A stretch of DNA of 61,803 nucleotides, counting the filler, from Rhabdomonas costata (lineage: Eukaryota): assembly GCA_019059605.1 (NCBI GenBank). It is 21 parts of 21 records of this genome, joined end to end, with 100 filler letters (N's around TTAATTAATTAA, not from the genome) between each part and the next. Parts side by side here need not be neighbours in the genome. Positions count along the whole stretch, not along the records: positions 50,130 to 52,975 come from JAHMHO010001905.1; positions 53,076 to 55,916 come from JAHMHO010001906.1; positions 56,017 to 58,860 come from JAHMHO010001907.1; positions 58,961 to 61,803 come from JAHMHO010001908.1; 17 more parts are not named here. One strand, 5' to 3'. Shown in pieces: positions 50,447 through 61,803 of the stretch. Both the position numbers and the translations under genes were made by a program. The notes below the pieces were generated by a model. That model did not search any database, was not told where the DNA came from, and saw nothing but the letters and a program-made list of their open reading frames with translations. Positions within the stretch are counted from its first letter, which is position 1. Every line of letters begins with the position of its first letter.

Positions 50447-52566
50447 CGCTGTGCAGGTGTGGTGGTGAGATGATCCCGAGCTTGGCTAGCTGGCAGCACA
50501 GCAGGAGGTTGCTCTTGGTCTCTTCGCAGAATTTCACCTCTTGCTCGCTGGACTCGTTCGTAGGGGTGTGGACCATCCCCTCCTGAACTCTCTGCATGCA
50601 GGCCTTCATGAGAGCTGAGTAAAAGAGCTCCTTTTTCTCCGGGCTGAAATGCTCTGCAAGGTAATGGCAGAACTTGGCGTACAACTCGATGAAGTTTTCC
50701 TGCCACAAAAAACCGCCTCTTCGACAGATTCAGGTACCATTGCTCTGGGTTTGGGTGTGAAAACATAACTAAATTCTCGACAGAGCGGACGAACGAAGTC
50801 AACATGGGGGCGTAATTTCAAGAACTTGGGGAACAACACCAAAGGAGAAGGAGAGGTTTGGGTCGTAAAAACATATACGCCAGCTGCAGTTTTCTCCCAA
50901 AAACTTCTGTTTTGGCCAAGGATAAGGGAAAATCAACTACATGCAAGAATGTGCAGCGCACATCCTAAAGGGGCAGGTTACGTGGAGAGGGAGAAGCGTC
51001 TGTGTGTGTGGGTGTTGCTGAGAATGTGAAGATATAAAATGGCTGTAAAACGCCCAAAACCTGCGGGAACGGACAAAACTTAAGATATCGAATCCAAAGC
51101 AAAACCGAGAATATGCCACACATACACACAGTCGTAAATGAATTCAACATACTTCAACCTTAGGACCATAAGGACAGCCTTAGGATGTTCACCATTTTGG
51201 ACGGATTCGGCAATGCGTCCGTCATATGTGTAACTGACCTGCCCTCGGCGCAAGGCGTAGCTGCACACGATCTTGCCCAAGACCTCCATCTTGAGGAGGC
51301 CCGGATTCAGCACAGCTTCACCAAGCCTCGTCGCGTAATCCTTGGCATTCTCCTTCGAAAGCGTGTTGAGCATCTTAAGGACTTTCTGCGTGGCTTGATC
51401 CAGGCTTTGAGGCATCTCTCTGCGATAGGGCTGGGCTGTGCCAGGGTGCCCCTTCCCACCCTGGTCGGAGGCCAGCGGCAGGGAAACAGTGCGGTGAGCA
51501 AAAAGGGAGGAAAACCCACTCAGCAAGATTCTTCTGCTGTGCTTCAGATGCAAAGCGAAATCAAACCTAAAATAAAAAGCGCGAAGGGAGCACCTTCAGC
51601 GATGCGTAGGAGGCAGTGTCAAGACAAGGGCCCCCTCCCCTACAAAGCGATATTGTTTGGTTGATAAACACAGATGTGCGCGGGGGAATCGATCTCACCT
51701 GGTTGCTGAAGTCAGGCACAGCTTCGCCTTGCTCAGTTCCACCCAACGGATGACCAACTTGTGGTGCCCAGGTAGGCTGGCACACCGTCGATGGATCTGT
51801 GGATCTGTTAGGAAGGTACGCCCGTACAAAAGCAGCCTCACCACATGCACATGGAAATTGACAGGGAAGCAGGCTGCTCAAATGGTCATTCACACACACA
51901 CCAACACTCATATGGATACAAACAAGGGAACGTGAAAGGGAACGCACAAACCCACAACTGTTGCTTCCTCTGTGGGACTCACGTGATTTTTCAGAAGTTT
52001 GCGTGTCAATTTGAACGACAGGTTGTGGGGAATTGGGAGGCGATGACCAGAAGAATAGTCAAACAGAAGCAATTGAGTCATATAAGCAGACGGGTTAAGG
52101 GTTGGAGCTTCCTAAAACGGACAGCTGACTGGCTTTAGGCGCAGCACAAAACAGCAGCGAAGCTTGAGGTGACGTCAGAGAAACGTCTCTCACACACTGA
52201 TTTCTGTGGATGGATTGACATCCTTTCGCGCAGTTGACCATGGCAATGTTTTATCTGATGGTCCAGCGTGTTCTACCGCCTCTCAGCTGGCGGTAGAACA
52301 CGGGCGTGGCCCGTGAAAGTCACACACACACACACACAAAGCCAGACCTGTATATCTCGTAGTTGTTCGTCTTTGAAGACACGCTGAAGCCATTCCTTTT
52401 CAGAAGCCCCTTCACTTCACCCCGGCGCTTGGTCCCGGGGAGTTCCTCCTTATGCTGAAGGTAGTACGGATCTTCTGGCAGACAATTCACAATGAAATCG
52501 GTCAGCGTGAGCTTGATGGCACAACCCGGGGCCAGCTTCCTCTTGAGACACTTCAAGATCACATCC
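50447..52566 (-). CDS. MIF4G-domain protein (eIF4G/PAIP-like), internal fragment
   Basis: Exons 52566-52348, 51804-51699, 51460-51239 and 50699-50447. Motifs KVLKMLNTLSKEN, ENFIELYAKFC, FYSALMKACMQ and LCCQLAKLGII. Confidence 0.8.
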
Positions 52567-53265
52567 CTGCACACCATCCCCCATTTTTCATACGGGCTCA
52601 AGCATACTGAAAAGACAAACGGTTGGAAAGGACCAAGAGTCGCCAACTATGAAAGGTGATGCTGGCTTGTACGTCTGTGCAGGGTAAACTAACAGGATGT
52701 CTAACTGACTAAAAACAGCTCAGAAGGTCCCATTGCCGCACACTCAGTTTGGGGTTCGGATAGTTGCTCTATTGAAGTTCGAGTACAAACTTGAAGCAGA
52801 AGGAATCTCCACACACGACATCTACCTATGTTGGTTACAATTCCAGTAGCCCTTCTTCACACATAAATTCCCAGGTGGTATCATGTCCCCTTCCCCTTCG
52901 TCCAATTTCCGATATCCAGTTCCATATGAGACGTTGCGAGTGCCACGGCAAACCCCCCCCAAACACACCCACCACNNNNNNNNNNNNNNNNNNNNNNNNN
53001 NNNNNNNNNNNNNNNNNNNTTAATTAATTAANNNNNNNNNNNNNNNNNNNNNNNNNNNNNNNNNNNNNNNNNNNNGGTGTTTTTTTAAATCAAATCAACA
53101 GCGACCCACACATAGACCACAAAAGCCCACTCGTTAAGATGCGCATTCAAACGAGTAAAGAGGGGCAGAGGTGACACACAACGGCACTCCAAAAACCAAG
53201 ATACCGCGGCAGGGAGAACGTAAGGCAGAAGACACAAAAATGTCTCTGAACGAAAAGCGCAAGGA

Positions 53266-53776
53266 AAAATTAAGCAACAGCATTGCTTCTATATTTGACA
53301 ATTGCACACGGCATGCCCGCACAAACGGGGTGCCAACAGAACGGTCGGGATGACGCATCCCGCAATCCTCACGAAAAATGTAAATACTATTGTGTCTAGT
53401 TTGCCTAAACAAGAAACGTCAAGCAACCAGGCCGCGGTGGTGAAGGGCGGGCAGCTCGCGCGGCACGCAGAACGGTCTCCAAAGTGTGCAATAATCAGGA
53501 CAAGAGACGTGGGCGGCAGTAGGGAACGGAAAGTAAAGTTCACACAGTGAGTGAAAAGAGAAACGAAACGCTGTCAAGGCTGCATGCGCACATGTGCAGC
53601 CCGGAGAAAACGAGACGTATTTACAAAGAGATTCGTTTGACCGCCTCTCAAGGAAAGAAGACAATACACACAGAGAGAACAAACCGCCGGAGGACTCAAC
53701 CAGCAACGGGATAACCCTTCATAGAAGCAGACGGGGACAAAATTAAGCAACAGCATTGTTTCTATAGTTGACAATT
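53266..53776 (+). repeat. 38-bp direct repeat pair
   Basis: AAAATTAAGCAACAGCATTG(C/T)TTCTATA(T/G)TTGACAATT at 53266-53303 and 53739-53776. Confidence 0.85.
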
Positions 53777-54327
53777 ATACACAATGCAAACAGCCCAATC
53801 ACATTAGTAATTTTTCACGCTTTCCCCTCTTTGCTCAGAACTAATGGTTTTTGGTGCTTATGAGGTTCACGGCTCAACCCCCTCCCTCTGCACTTTCCAA
53901 ACAGGACGGTTTGCCAGTTTTCCGAGCCTAAGGGGCTGAAAATGGTCGTGTGTGAGGGAGGCCACGGCTGTGTTTCTGGTAGTTTCTCTCATCAAAGCCC
54001 ATTCGCAGGGAAATCACAGCCCACTGCAAACCACTGGCTCTCAATGAATCTCTCTTTTGACTGCAAAATGGAACCTACAAAAGCCTAAGTTGTCGTGTTG
54101 GGAAACCCGAAACGATCGACTATCCGCAGGCTCCGCACTGTCATATTCAGCGAGAGAGAGAGTAACAGCATCACAACACCCCATTATCCCATACGCAGCA
54201 AACAGAGGATGGGACTTTTCCCGAAAAGATATAAAAAGGATAAAACGTTGTGGAGCTCTTATTCTCGTGCAAAAAATCATTCACTCATTGTAACGGAACC
54301 AAATAAAAACACAAAGAAAAAACACAC

Positions 54328-54425
54328 CTGGACATTGACTTCGGCACCTAGTTTCAACAACACGGCGGTGAACTCTGTCATGTTATACTTCGCTCGTGCA
54401 GCAGCGTCGTTCCCGTGGAGGCGAA
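54328..54425 (-). pseudogene. Frameshifted ankyrin-repeat exon
   Basis: TGTTLLH in one frame continues as AKYNMTEFTAVLLKLGAEVNVQ|GT in another. The shift is at about 54394-54395. Confidence 0.6.
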
Positions 54426-56867
54426 GGTGGGCTCGGCCAGCAAAGAACAAGCGCGGTCGTTGTGGTTGTGTCGCAACAGTTGTGTTTTGTGTGTGTTTGG
54501 TGGGTCAGGCCTTGTGAGGGAGCTGCCCCCAGTGAACGCCATCCCCAAGCAGTGGAAGCACTCCGGATGGCCCGGTCAGCGCACCTCCTTATCCTCTCCC
54601 AACATTGCTCCACTCTCATCCAACCACATGATACTTTGTGTATGGTGTTTTGTCTGCAACGAATCCGTTGTGAGGTGGGCACCTCTGTGGCGATGATGTC
54701 AGCCTTGCCTGCCTCCGTGGCCCCCCAAAAGCCAAACTACTGACCTCTCATTGGTTAACGTTGCAATGGCAGTGGGAAAGAAACCTGGCAATTGACATTG
54801 TACTTCGGCAGAGAAAGCAAAGAGCAAGTGTCCGCAAAAGATTATGCTTTGCACTAGAGAGATTTGCACAGTGCATGCTCTGCGGTGAAATTCTATGACC
54901 ACGGGACCGTGACACCTTTTCGCGTACGTGAGACGATTCCATTGTATGTATAAGTGACCCCCACAAGCTCATGTGTGACAATGCCAGGCTCGATCCGCGC
55001 CACGCGGTTGGACTACGAGTCTGACCAGAGCGCGTTTGCAAGTACTGCTCTTCTGAGCCCAGAGGTCTGCGCTTCGCAATTCCCCTTTCAAGGCTACCAC
55101 ACCGGCCCCCCTGCGGTTTCCCACACCTCTAACGTATTCTAAGTATTTTGTACCGCTGAACGTTGCGGTGACCCTCGCGCACACGCTCGGACTAGTTCTT
55201 AGGTAACAGGTTGAGGTTCAACGGAAGGCTGCCGGTGTACCATCCGCGGTCACGTCGTGGACGTGATGGAACAAGCTCCGTCCTCCATTCAGCGACAGCA
55301 CTTTTTATACTTTTGTGGAAAAATGGCATTCCCCGTTTAAGGCTGTCCGGGATGGAACGGCCCCACACGGGACAAGTGCATTTTTTGGGTAACACCGTTA
55401 AACGCTTAACTCCGTTAAAGGTTAACCCCCAAAAACTACAATGGCATCCCCACACACGCACTGACAACACAGCCTATCCCGCTGCGTGCCCCCATATTCT
55501 AAATTCTTTGTTTCCTCCGGAAACTGTTTGCTCCCAAGGGAAGCGGAATCATTACCCAAAAAGGGCTTTCCAGGGGTTCGGCACCAGGGGCAAAGCGCCA
55601 TTTGCATCCATGGGGAGGGATGGAGGGAAGGGCATCCCTGGGGAGGTAGTCCGTGGCCATGAAAAAATCTTGCGGGTGGAATGGGGGGAGGGGCAAGCAG
55701 CAGTTTCCACCTCGTTTTTTTTTGGATAGAGGTGACGCTTTGAAAGGGAAATGGGAATGGTGCCTTCTCCCTCCCTGCCACGCCGACCCCTCCCTTTTTT
55801 GGCCCACAGAAACGGGAGCGCAAGTCCGAGGTGCAGTCCTTCAAGTCGCATCGCAGGCTGGGGCGCCGCCCGCAGTGGGAATTCTCCGTGGCAGTGCGTG
55901 CCCCGCCCCCAACCCTNNNNNNNNNNNNNNNNNNNNNNNNNNNNNNNNNNNNNNNNNNNNTTAATTAATTAANNNNNNNNNNNNNNNNNNNNNNNNNNNN
56001 NNNNNNNNNNNNNNNNCCCCGCCCCCTCCCCCCCATCCTCCCAGGTCATTACTTAGCCTGGTGCTCTTTTTGTTTTCATTTCAGATTGCGATACCGAGCC
56101 CATTTCTATCCCGTCTCGGCGACTGGGTCACTTTTGTGGGTTTTGTGGTTTTTTCCCTTCGGGGTCTCTGCTGACACGTTTTGATATGCGCACCCAGTCA
56201 AGCGGTGATTGCGGCTCTTGAGAGTGGGAAGGACGCGGGCGTCTAACGCCGGACTGAACGCCACTATGCATTTTTCTCTAACTAGGTCCAGTGTTATTTG
56301 ACCGTCTGTCTTGACGGGTTGCTTCTTTCGTTGTGTTTCCAAGACTAAGCATTTGGTGGCCTTCAAAATCACCTGCCGTCGTTCGTAATTATTTCATTGT
56401 TCAGGAGAGAAGTGATTCGATTCAAGGAAAACGTTTTTGTCGTCCCCCCCCCCCACACACACACACACCATTTTTTTCTTTTTGTGAGAAGGGGAAATAC
56501 CTGGGCGGGTTCCCTGAGTGTGCAGTCAAGGGGCAAGACTAAGCAGATTGCGGAGATCCCCCCATTCCTCCTGCCTTTGTACTGATCAACTTCTTCGCAG
56601 AATTGTTGGGAAAGCATTTGTGGGCAGTTACTGGGACGGTTTTACTTTTTCCCGCCATTTCCTAATGTTAAGCTTTGGTGCACATCTGTTCGCATATGTG
56701 TTGTCATCGTCTTTGTTGGATCGTGGCAAAGAAGGGTATACTTGAAGGGAATACTGTTTCACTCACCCTTTCTGCCAGCCTTTCGGTCTCCCCGTTATGC
56801 TACTCTTTGACTTCTTGTTTTTGGGACTTCATGGTTTGGCTCCTGTTTTTCTTTTTTTATTGTGCAG

Positions 56868-58537
56868 ATCACTGGTAGTACCTCCTCTCCCCCTCGGGCG
56901 TCGTCCTCTCCGCCGAAAGACCGTGAAGTGCAGTGCGGGATTTGCTTAGACAGCTTCCCAGTCTCGGCGATGTGTATGTTCCTGACAGTCGCCAGCTTCT
57001 TTATTTCGGTCTTTTTTTTATCGCCTTTTCCATGGTTTACCTTCGCTACCTATTAGAGGGAGCAGCTTTGGTGAAAGACCCGTCCTCAGGGTGATGTGAA
57101 ATTATTCAGTGCTCTTGTATTTTCGTAGTTTTCGAGGTGGATTTTGCGTGCCACTGTATCTTTGGATGAGAGCGGCTTTCACCCCTGCCCGTCACCGCCA
57201 GTTCCGGGCTGATCGAATCCTTGTAATGTACTTGACAAATGAGGGGTGGGTAGGTGTGTAGAGGGGCAGGCAATGTGGTCGTAAACGCCCTCTTTCGATT
57301 GCTGCTGGACCGGTCCTCAGTGAAGCAGGATGTTCCTGGGCTTTTCAGATACCCTGGACTGTGGGCTGGTGGGCGGCAAGGTGAGCCACCGCTACTGCTA
57401 TGGTTGCTTGAAGGAGCACCTGGAGGCATGGCTGGGCTCCAACCCAACGGAGGCGTTGGCATGCCCCGGGAAGGCTATCGATGGGTGCCCTGGGGAGATC
57501 ACGAAAAGCGACGTTATTGTCATCTTGGCGAAGCTGCACGGCGCGGCATCTGTGGAGTTGAAGGACGTGCTGCAGAGATTCGAAGGTGTGCGAGCATGGG
57601 GGGTGGGGGTTGCGTATGCACTGAAACGTTGCCTATCGGTGCTGAATGTTCTTTTTCACCCCTTTTTGACCTCGTGCCGTGTACGGCCGAGTTCGAGCGA
57701 ATATGAAGCTCTCCTTTCTTTTGCGATTTAACGATTGTGTTGCTGTGTATAGCGTTTTTGCCTGTATGAGGAGTTTAGAGGAATAGTGTTCCTGCAAGTT
57801 GATACCGCTAACCCGCCAAAAAAGTACGTCCATCGAATGTCATTTCCGGGGCCCTATTCAAACCGTTATCTGTACTCGTCGACAGTCAACCTGAGGCCCC
57901 GTGAGGACAGCCCACATCATCCACCCGCAGGACACTTAAAAGAGATTGACCAAGCACCACCAAAGTGAAACTGACTTTACATCTTCTGCTGCAACGCAAA
58001 AAGTCAGAGCAACTGAAATGAAAATATTTAGGGTGATATTTTAGGGTGCTGCCCTTTTCTTGGATTGACCAACGAAGGAATGGGTCAAGAGGTATGGGTG
58101 TCGTGCAGCTTTTGACGGGTTTTGTGGCCCACCGGGACAAGGATTAGGGACAGCTCTTTCATCCTCATCTCCTACGCAAACGCGAACACGCAAACTCATA
58201 GTCTCTTAGTCAAAGCAGACAAGGTGAAGGAATGAGCACTTCTTAATCACACCACGCAGCAAAAAAAGTCCTCGATACCCCCTGCTGCTTGAGGTAATTT
58301 TCTAACCCAGCTTATCGCGCTTCTGAGTGTGCTCCAACAGAGTTATCACTGCGCGCGGCGCTGGCCAGCATGAGCCTCTTCGAGTGCCCCACTCCGGGCT
58401 GTCCCTTCCGAGCAGAGCTCCTGCCGCCGCCCCCGGGCACGGGTGACCGCCGGCAGAAAGTGTCGTGCCCGACGTGTGGCCACGAGTGGTGCAGCCTTTG
58501 CCGGCAGCGCTACCACATTGGCACCAGCTGCTTGGAG
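56868..58537 (+). CDS. RBR-type E3 ubiquitin ligase (RING1-IBR fragment)
   Basis: Exons 56868-56973, 57349-57585 and 58341-58537. RING1: CGICLD...C...HRYCYGC...CP...C. IBR: CPTPGC...CPTCGHEWCSLC...H...C. Confidence 0.9.
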
Positions 58538-59832
58538 GTGCGGTGGTTGTGTGATTTCACCCCCTTCTCCCGCTCCTTTTATGTGCAGGCCTTAATGTGG
58601 CTGACTATCTCGAAAAGTTCATCCATCTCTTTTCTTTCATTCTCACACACAGATCTGCCATGGATCTGCGAGAGGTCAGCTCGGAGATAAAGGGCAGGGC
58701 TGCCTCAACCATACATAACCAAAGACCGTCTTAACCATTTTGTTTTCTGTGCTTGGAAGGATCTTCTCTCTCTTTTATATTCTTTTTGGATTGTTTTTTC
58801 ACAGGATTTGCATGAGGATTCCGGAAACTGGGGTTCCTGCAAAAAACAATCCAAAAACAANNNNNNNNNNNNNNNNNNNNNNNNNNNNNNNNNNNNNNNN
58901 NNNNTTAATTAATTAANNNNNNNNNNNNNNNNNNNNNNNNNNNNNNNNNNNNNNNNNNNNGGGTGTTGTTGACACGCCGACGAACTTTCGCAAGCTCTCG
59001 GCTTGGAAATGGCTGCCGCGCAGATGCCAGTCGGGCGGAAGCTCAACAGCACCTTTCCCTAAAGAGTGTCAGGCCAAAGATGAAAAAGCGGAAACGGAAA
59101 TGAGGTATATAAAAAAAGATGCCGAGAAGCAAGACCACCTTGAGGAATGCTTTGGGCTGTCGTAGAGCAGCTGATGATCAGCCAGCACAGGGAGGACAGT
59201 GCCCAAACCACAGTCCTTCTGCTGGAAGCCATAGTATGAAAGAAAAAGAACTATTTCGAATTAGAGGCGGCAAACCAAAGCACACGGGCCGCCGGAAACA
59301 AAGCTGTTAAAACTAACCACTCAACTATGATGACCTAACGACCTATACGATCTTCCTCTCTGAGGCAGCCACCAGGACATTTTCGCGCCATTCCAAGGAT
59401 AAATCAGGCTGTTGTTCCGACTCAATGCCATCGCTCTCGTTAGAACTCCTTCAAGCAACGTGGCGTTCGAGGACTGGGGAATGAGGGCAAAAGCATTTTC
59501 ATGTCAGTGATTCGCTAAATTGTCTAAAAGGTCAGACGAACACTTGGGGGGCGCGGCTGATTCTGCACAGCAAGGTAACCTGGCGATGCCATGGCAGTGA
59601 CGGTCATGTTCGGTCATCAACTTCGCATTGACTCCAAGGAGAAATGCGAGAAAAACGTACCCTTCCAAGATCGAAACGAAAAAGAACGCGTTACTCACCA
59701 CAGACCACTCGACAAGCTGTTCACAGTACCCAGCAAGTGTCATCTCCGGTGGTGGGATGCTCGCCCGCATTTTCTCACCAGAACCTGCCCAGGGCTGGGG
59801 ACCGTAGTGGTCACCTTTTCGGACAAACTCAC

Positions 59833-61656
59833 CACACAACGCTTTAGTTTGTCAAAGTGCATGTCAATGGGGGTTCCACCATGGGTGTACTTTCCATAGA
59901 AGCTGAAGTTGGACATGTGGTGCATCATGAAGGCCCTGGCGTAGGCATCAGGGTGAATCGGGATGAGCTTGGTCAGTTTGCAGTGTGCACACCGAGGCCA
60001 CGGAAACTCCCCAAAAATCTCCAGAGTGCTCACGTATTCCCGCTCCAGCGGGCAACTTGAGTTCCATACTAAGTCAGCGGGCACATCCAGAAACTGACAA
60101 CGCCGTTGAAGGACAACCACCTGCTGCCGGGTGAGCATGAAGTGGGACTGAGAGCAAAACAAAACAGGCCAGCGCATAATGTAGTCAAGTCTCAATCTCT
60201 AAATTTTAAAGCAAAATCTCCGGAGGGGTCGAAAACGCACAAAAAAAGGTGTAAAAGGTGTAGATTTAGCAGTTTGCACTTTTTTCCAGCGCAGATGAAG
60301 GAAAAAAGACATAATCCGATAGGCCGATGCTTTTTCGCAAGGGTCCCTTTAATCTGCAATCTCCTGAAACCCTGGGAACCGCCATCGCTCTTCCCGGACA
60401 TAGTTACTGGAGTCAGCCAATAAAACAAACCAGAAATACAGAAGAAAAACACAGCACTACGTTCGTTTTTTTCATTGTTTAATCGTGTGACGCTGAAATC
60501 GAGACCAATGCTAAACTTGCTATTGATTGTAAAGGAAGGTGGGATGGGCCGAGGTTCTCCAAAAAACTGAGTGCACGGGATGAAAAAAAAACATGAATTT
60601 AACAGGTCCGAGACAACAACAGCGTCAAATAATATCAAATAAAAAGGTTCACCTGATGGGGGTTTTTGGGTGCCCAGTACCACCACCCCACTTCGGGATT
60701 GAACACCAAGGTGCTCACAGGATCGGCAGACTCGTACTGCGGTGCGGCAATGGCGCCCTGGTCGTAGATAAACCTCTGGAACCCCGGAAGGTAGTCTCCG
60801 GGAAGCACCGCGGTCTCCAACAGGAACAGAAGTACGTGCCGCAGCTGAAGAAGCTTTGCGCACGCGCCCACAAACAGCCCACAACAGCTACACCGACTAC
60901 GTTTCCCAACTGCTCTGTTTCGTCCACCGAGGTTGCCACCAAAATCATGCCATTCTTTTTCGCCCTCTCCTCTAACCCTGTTCTTCTTTTTCCCGTTTCA
61001 ATCTTTGTTTGTTGTTTGTCCTCCTCCCATCTGTACCTGTGTTCCTTCTTGTAAATTGTTAATTGTTTTTGGTGCAGCACCCCGGTAACCTCCCTTTCTA
61101 CCTTACGGGTCCCGGGCCTGTCGCGCAACAACTTTTTTCCGCCGGCAACCCGTGTTGCTCAGGACTCTGAGACTCCGCCCTCCATTTTTGTGTACGTTGG
61201 GTGCACAGCACGCTGGTTGTCTGAACTCAATGTCTCAATCTCCCATTAGTCATTACCACTCGCCACGCCCGTCAAGCTCATGTGGCCAGACGCTTCCAGA
61301 ACTCCTGTCTTTGCCGCAGTGCCGTGGTGCTTAATTAAAAAAGTTCTTGGACCTTTGCAGAAGTGCGGTAGGAGGAGTGTGAGGTTTCCGTTCGTGCCAA
61401 TACTTCACAATGATACTTCCTCAACAGCCGCTAACTATCGGAATATCCCTTGCGCAGTCCCGGCACGGCACACCATGTCGTTTTCGACGTAAACGAAGAG
61501 GTCGTATTCCTGCAAATGCTGGCGAATCAGAACACGGGCCATCGTCGAGAACACTGGGGGCTTGTACTGCTCGACAGCGTGTTCCACAGAGGACCCCAGC
61601 CGTGCGCAGTGCAGTGCGGAGGAAACCTGTGACACGGCCCTTGTACTAAAGACAGC
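59833..61656 (-). CDS. Putative GT-A-fold glycosyltransferase-like protein (fragment)
   Basis: Exons 61656-61474, 60853-60653 and 60147-~59833. Motifs YDLFVYVENDMLL, YLPGFQRF, NPHQSHFMLT and KLIP...FMMHHMSN. Confidence 0.65.
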
Positions 61657-61803
61657 CTGCAAGAAAAGCACATCGAGGAAGGAGACATTTTAACCATTTG
61701 CGGCCTTATCAGGTGAGGCAGACAGAAAAAAGCGACAATGTTTAACGCTGAAACCGAGAAAAAGGCAAACACATTAATTTGACGTGAAAATCAACAAACC
61801 CCC

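Noticed and set aside
55381-55436. Imperfect hairpin with internal TAACxCCGTTAAA repeats
   Set aside because: Short, AT-rich and imperfect, with no TSD or second copy seen.
58321-58330. TTCTGAGTGT matching part of the euglenid spliced leader
   Set aside because: Only 10 nt, inside an intron acceptor region, with no following SL sequence, donor or Sm site.
2849-58960. Regularly spaced TTAATTAATTAA repeats every ~2.95 kb, resembling an array
   Set aside because: They are embedded in fixed N runs and are an artificial six-frame-stop linker, not CRISPR or any biological repeat.

Overview
This window is not one locus. It is 21 unlinked eukaryotic contigs of about 2.84-2.86 kb, joined by artificial 100-nt spacers (44 N + TTAATTAATTAA + 44 N). 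Many contig ends carry G/T-only primer-like tails and two carry fold-back chimeras, which suggests whole-genome-amplified (likely single-cell) DNA. The source is very probably a euglenid: the complex III core 1/MPP-beta fragment closely resembles the Euglena gracilis protein as I recall it. Genes are intron-rich and mostly truncated. By manual splicing I recovered fragments of an Mpv17/PMP22 protein, farnesyltransferase beta, class II PRPP synthase, a degenerate class III nucleotidyl cyclase, core 1/MPP-beta, TMEM181, PA200/Blm10 with an in-frame C2 domain, DNAI2, a DegT/DnrJ sugar aminotransferase, an alpha/beta hydrolase, FHA and WD40 proteins, Pol III largest subunit, a MIF4G protein, an RBR E3 ligase and several glycosyltransferase-like proteins. 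Nearly all introns are GT-AG with loose donors. One junction needs a GC donor and one is best explained by a GA donor. Mobile DNA includes a ~173-bp MITE with a target-site duplication, a ~2.1-kb TIR element ending CC|TTAA, and a CRE-like non-LTR retrotransposon remnant. The best novelty candidates are the PA200-C2 fusion, the GA-AG intron, the intronised bacterial/viral-type aminotransferase and the TIR elements. Family calls come from recalled motifs; no database search was run.
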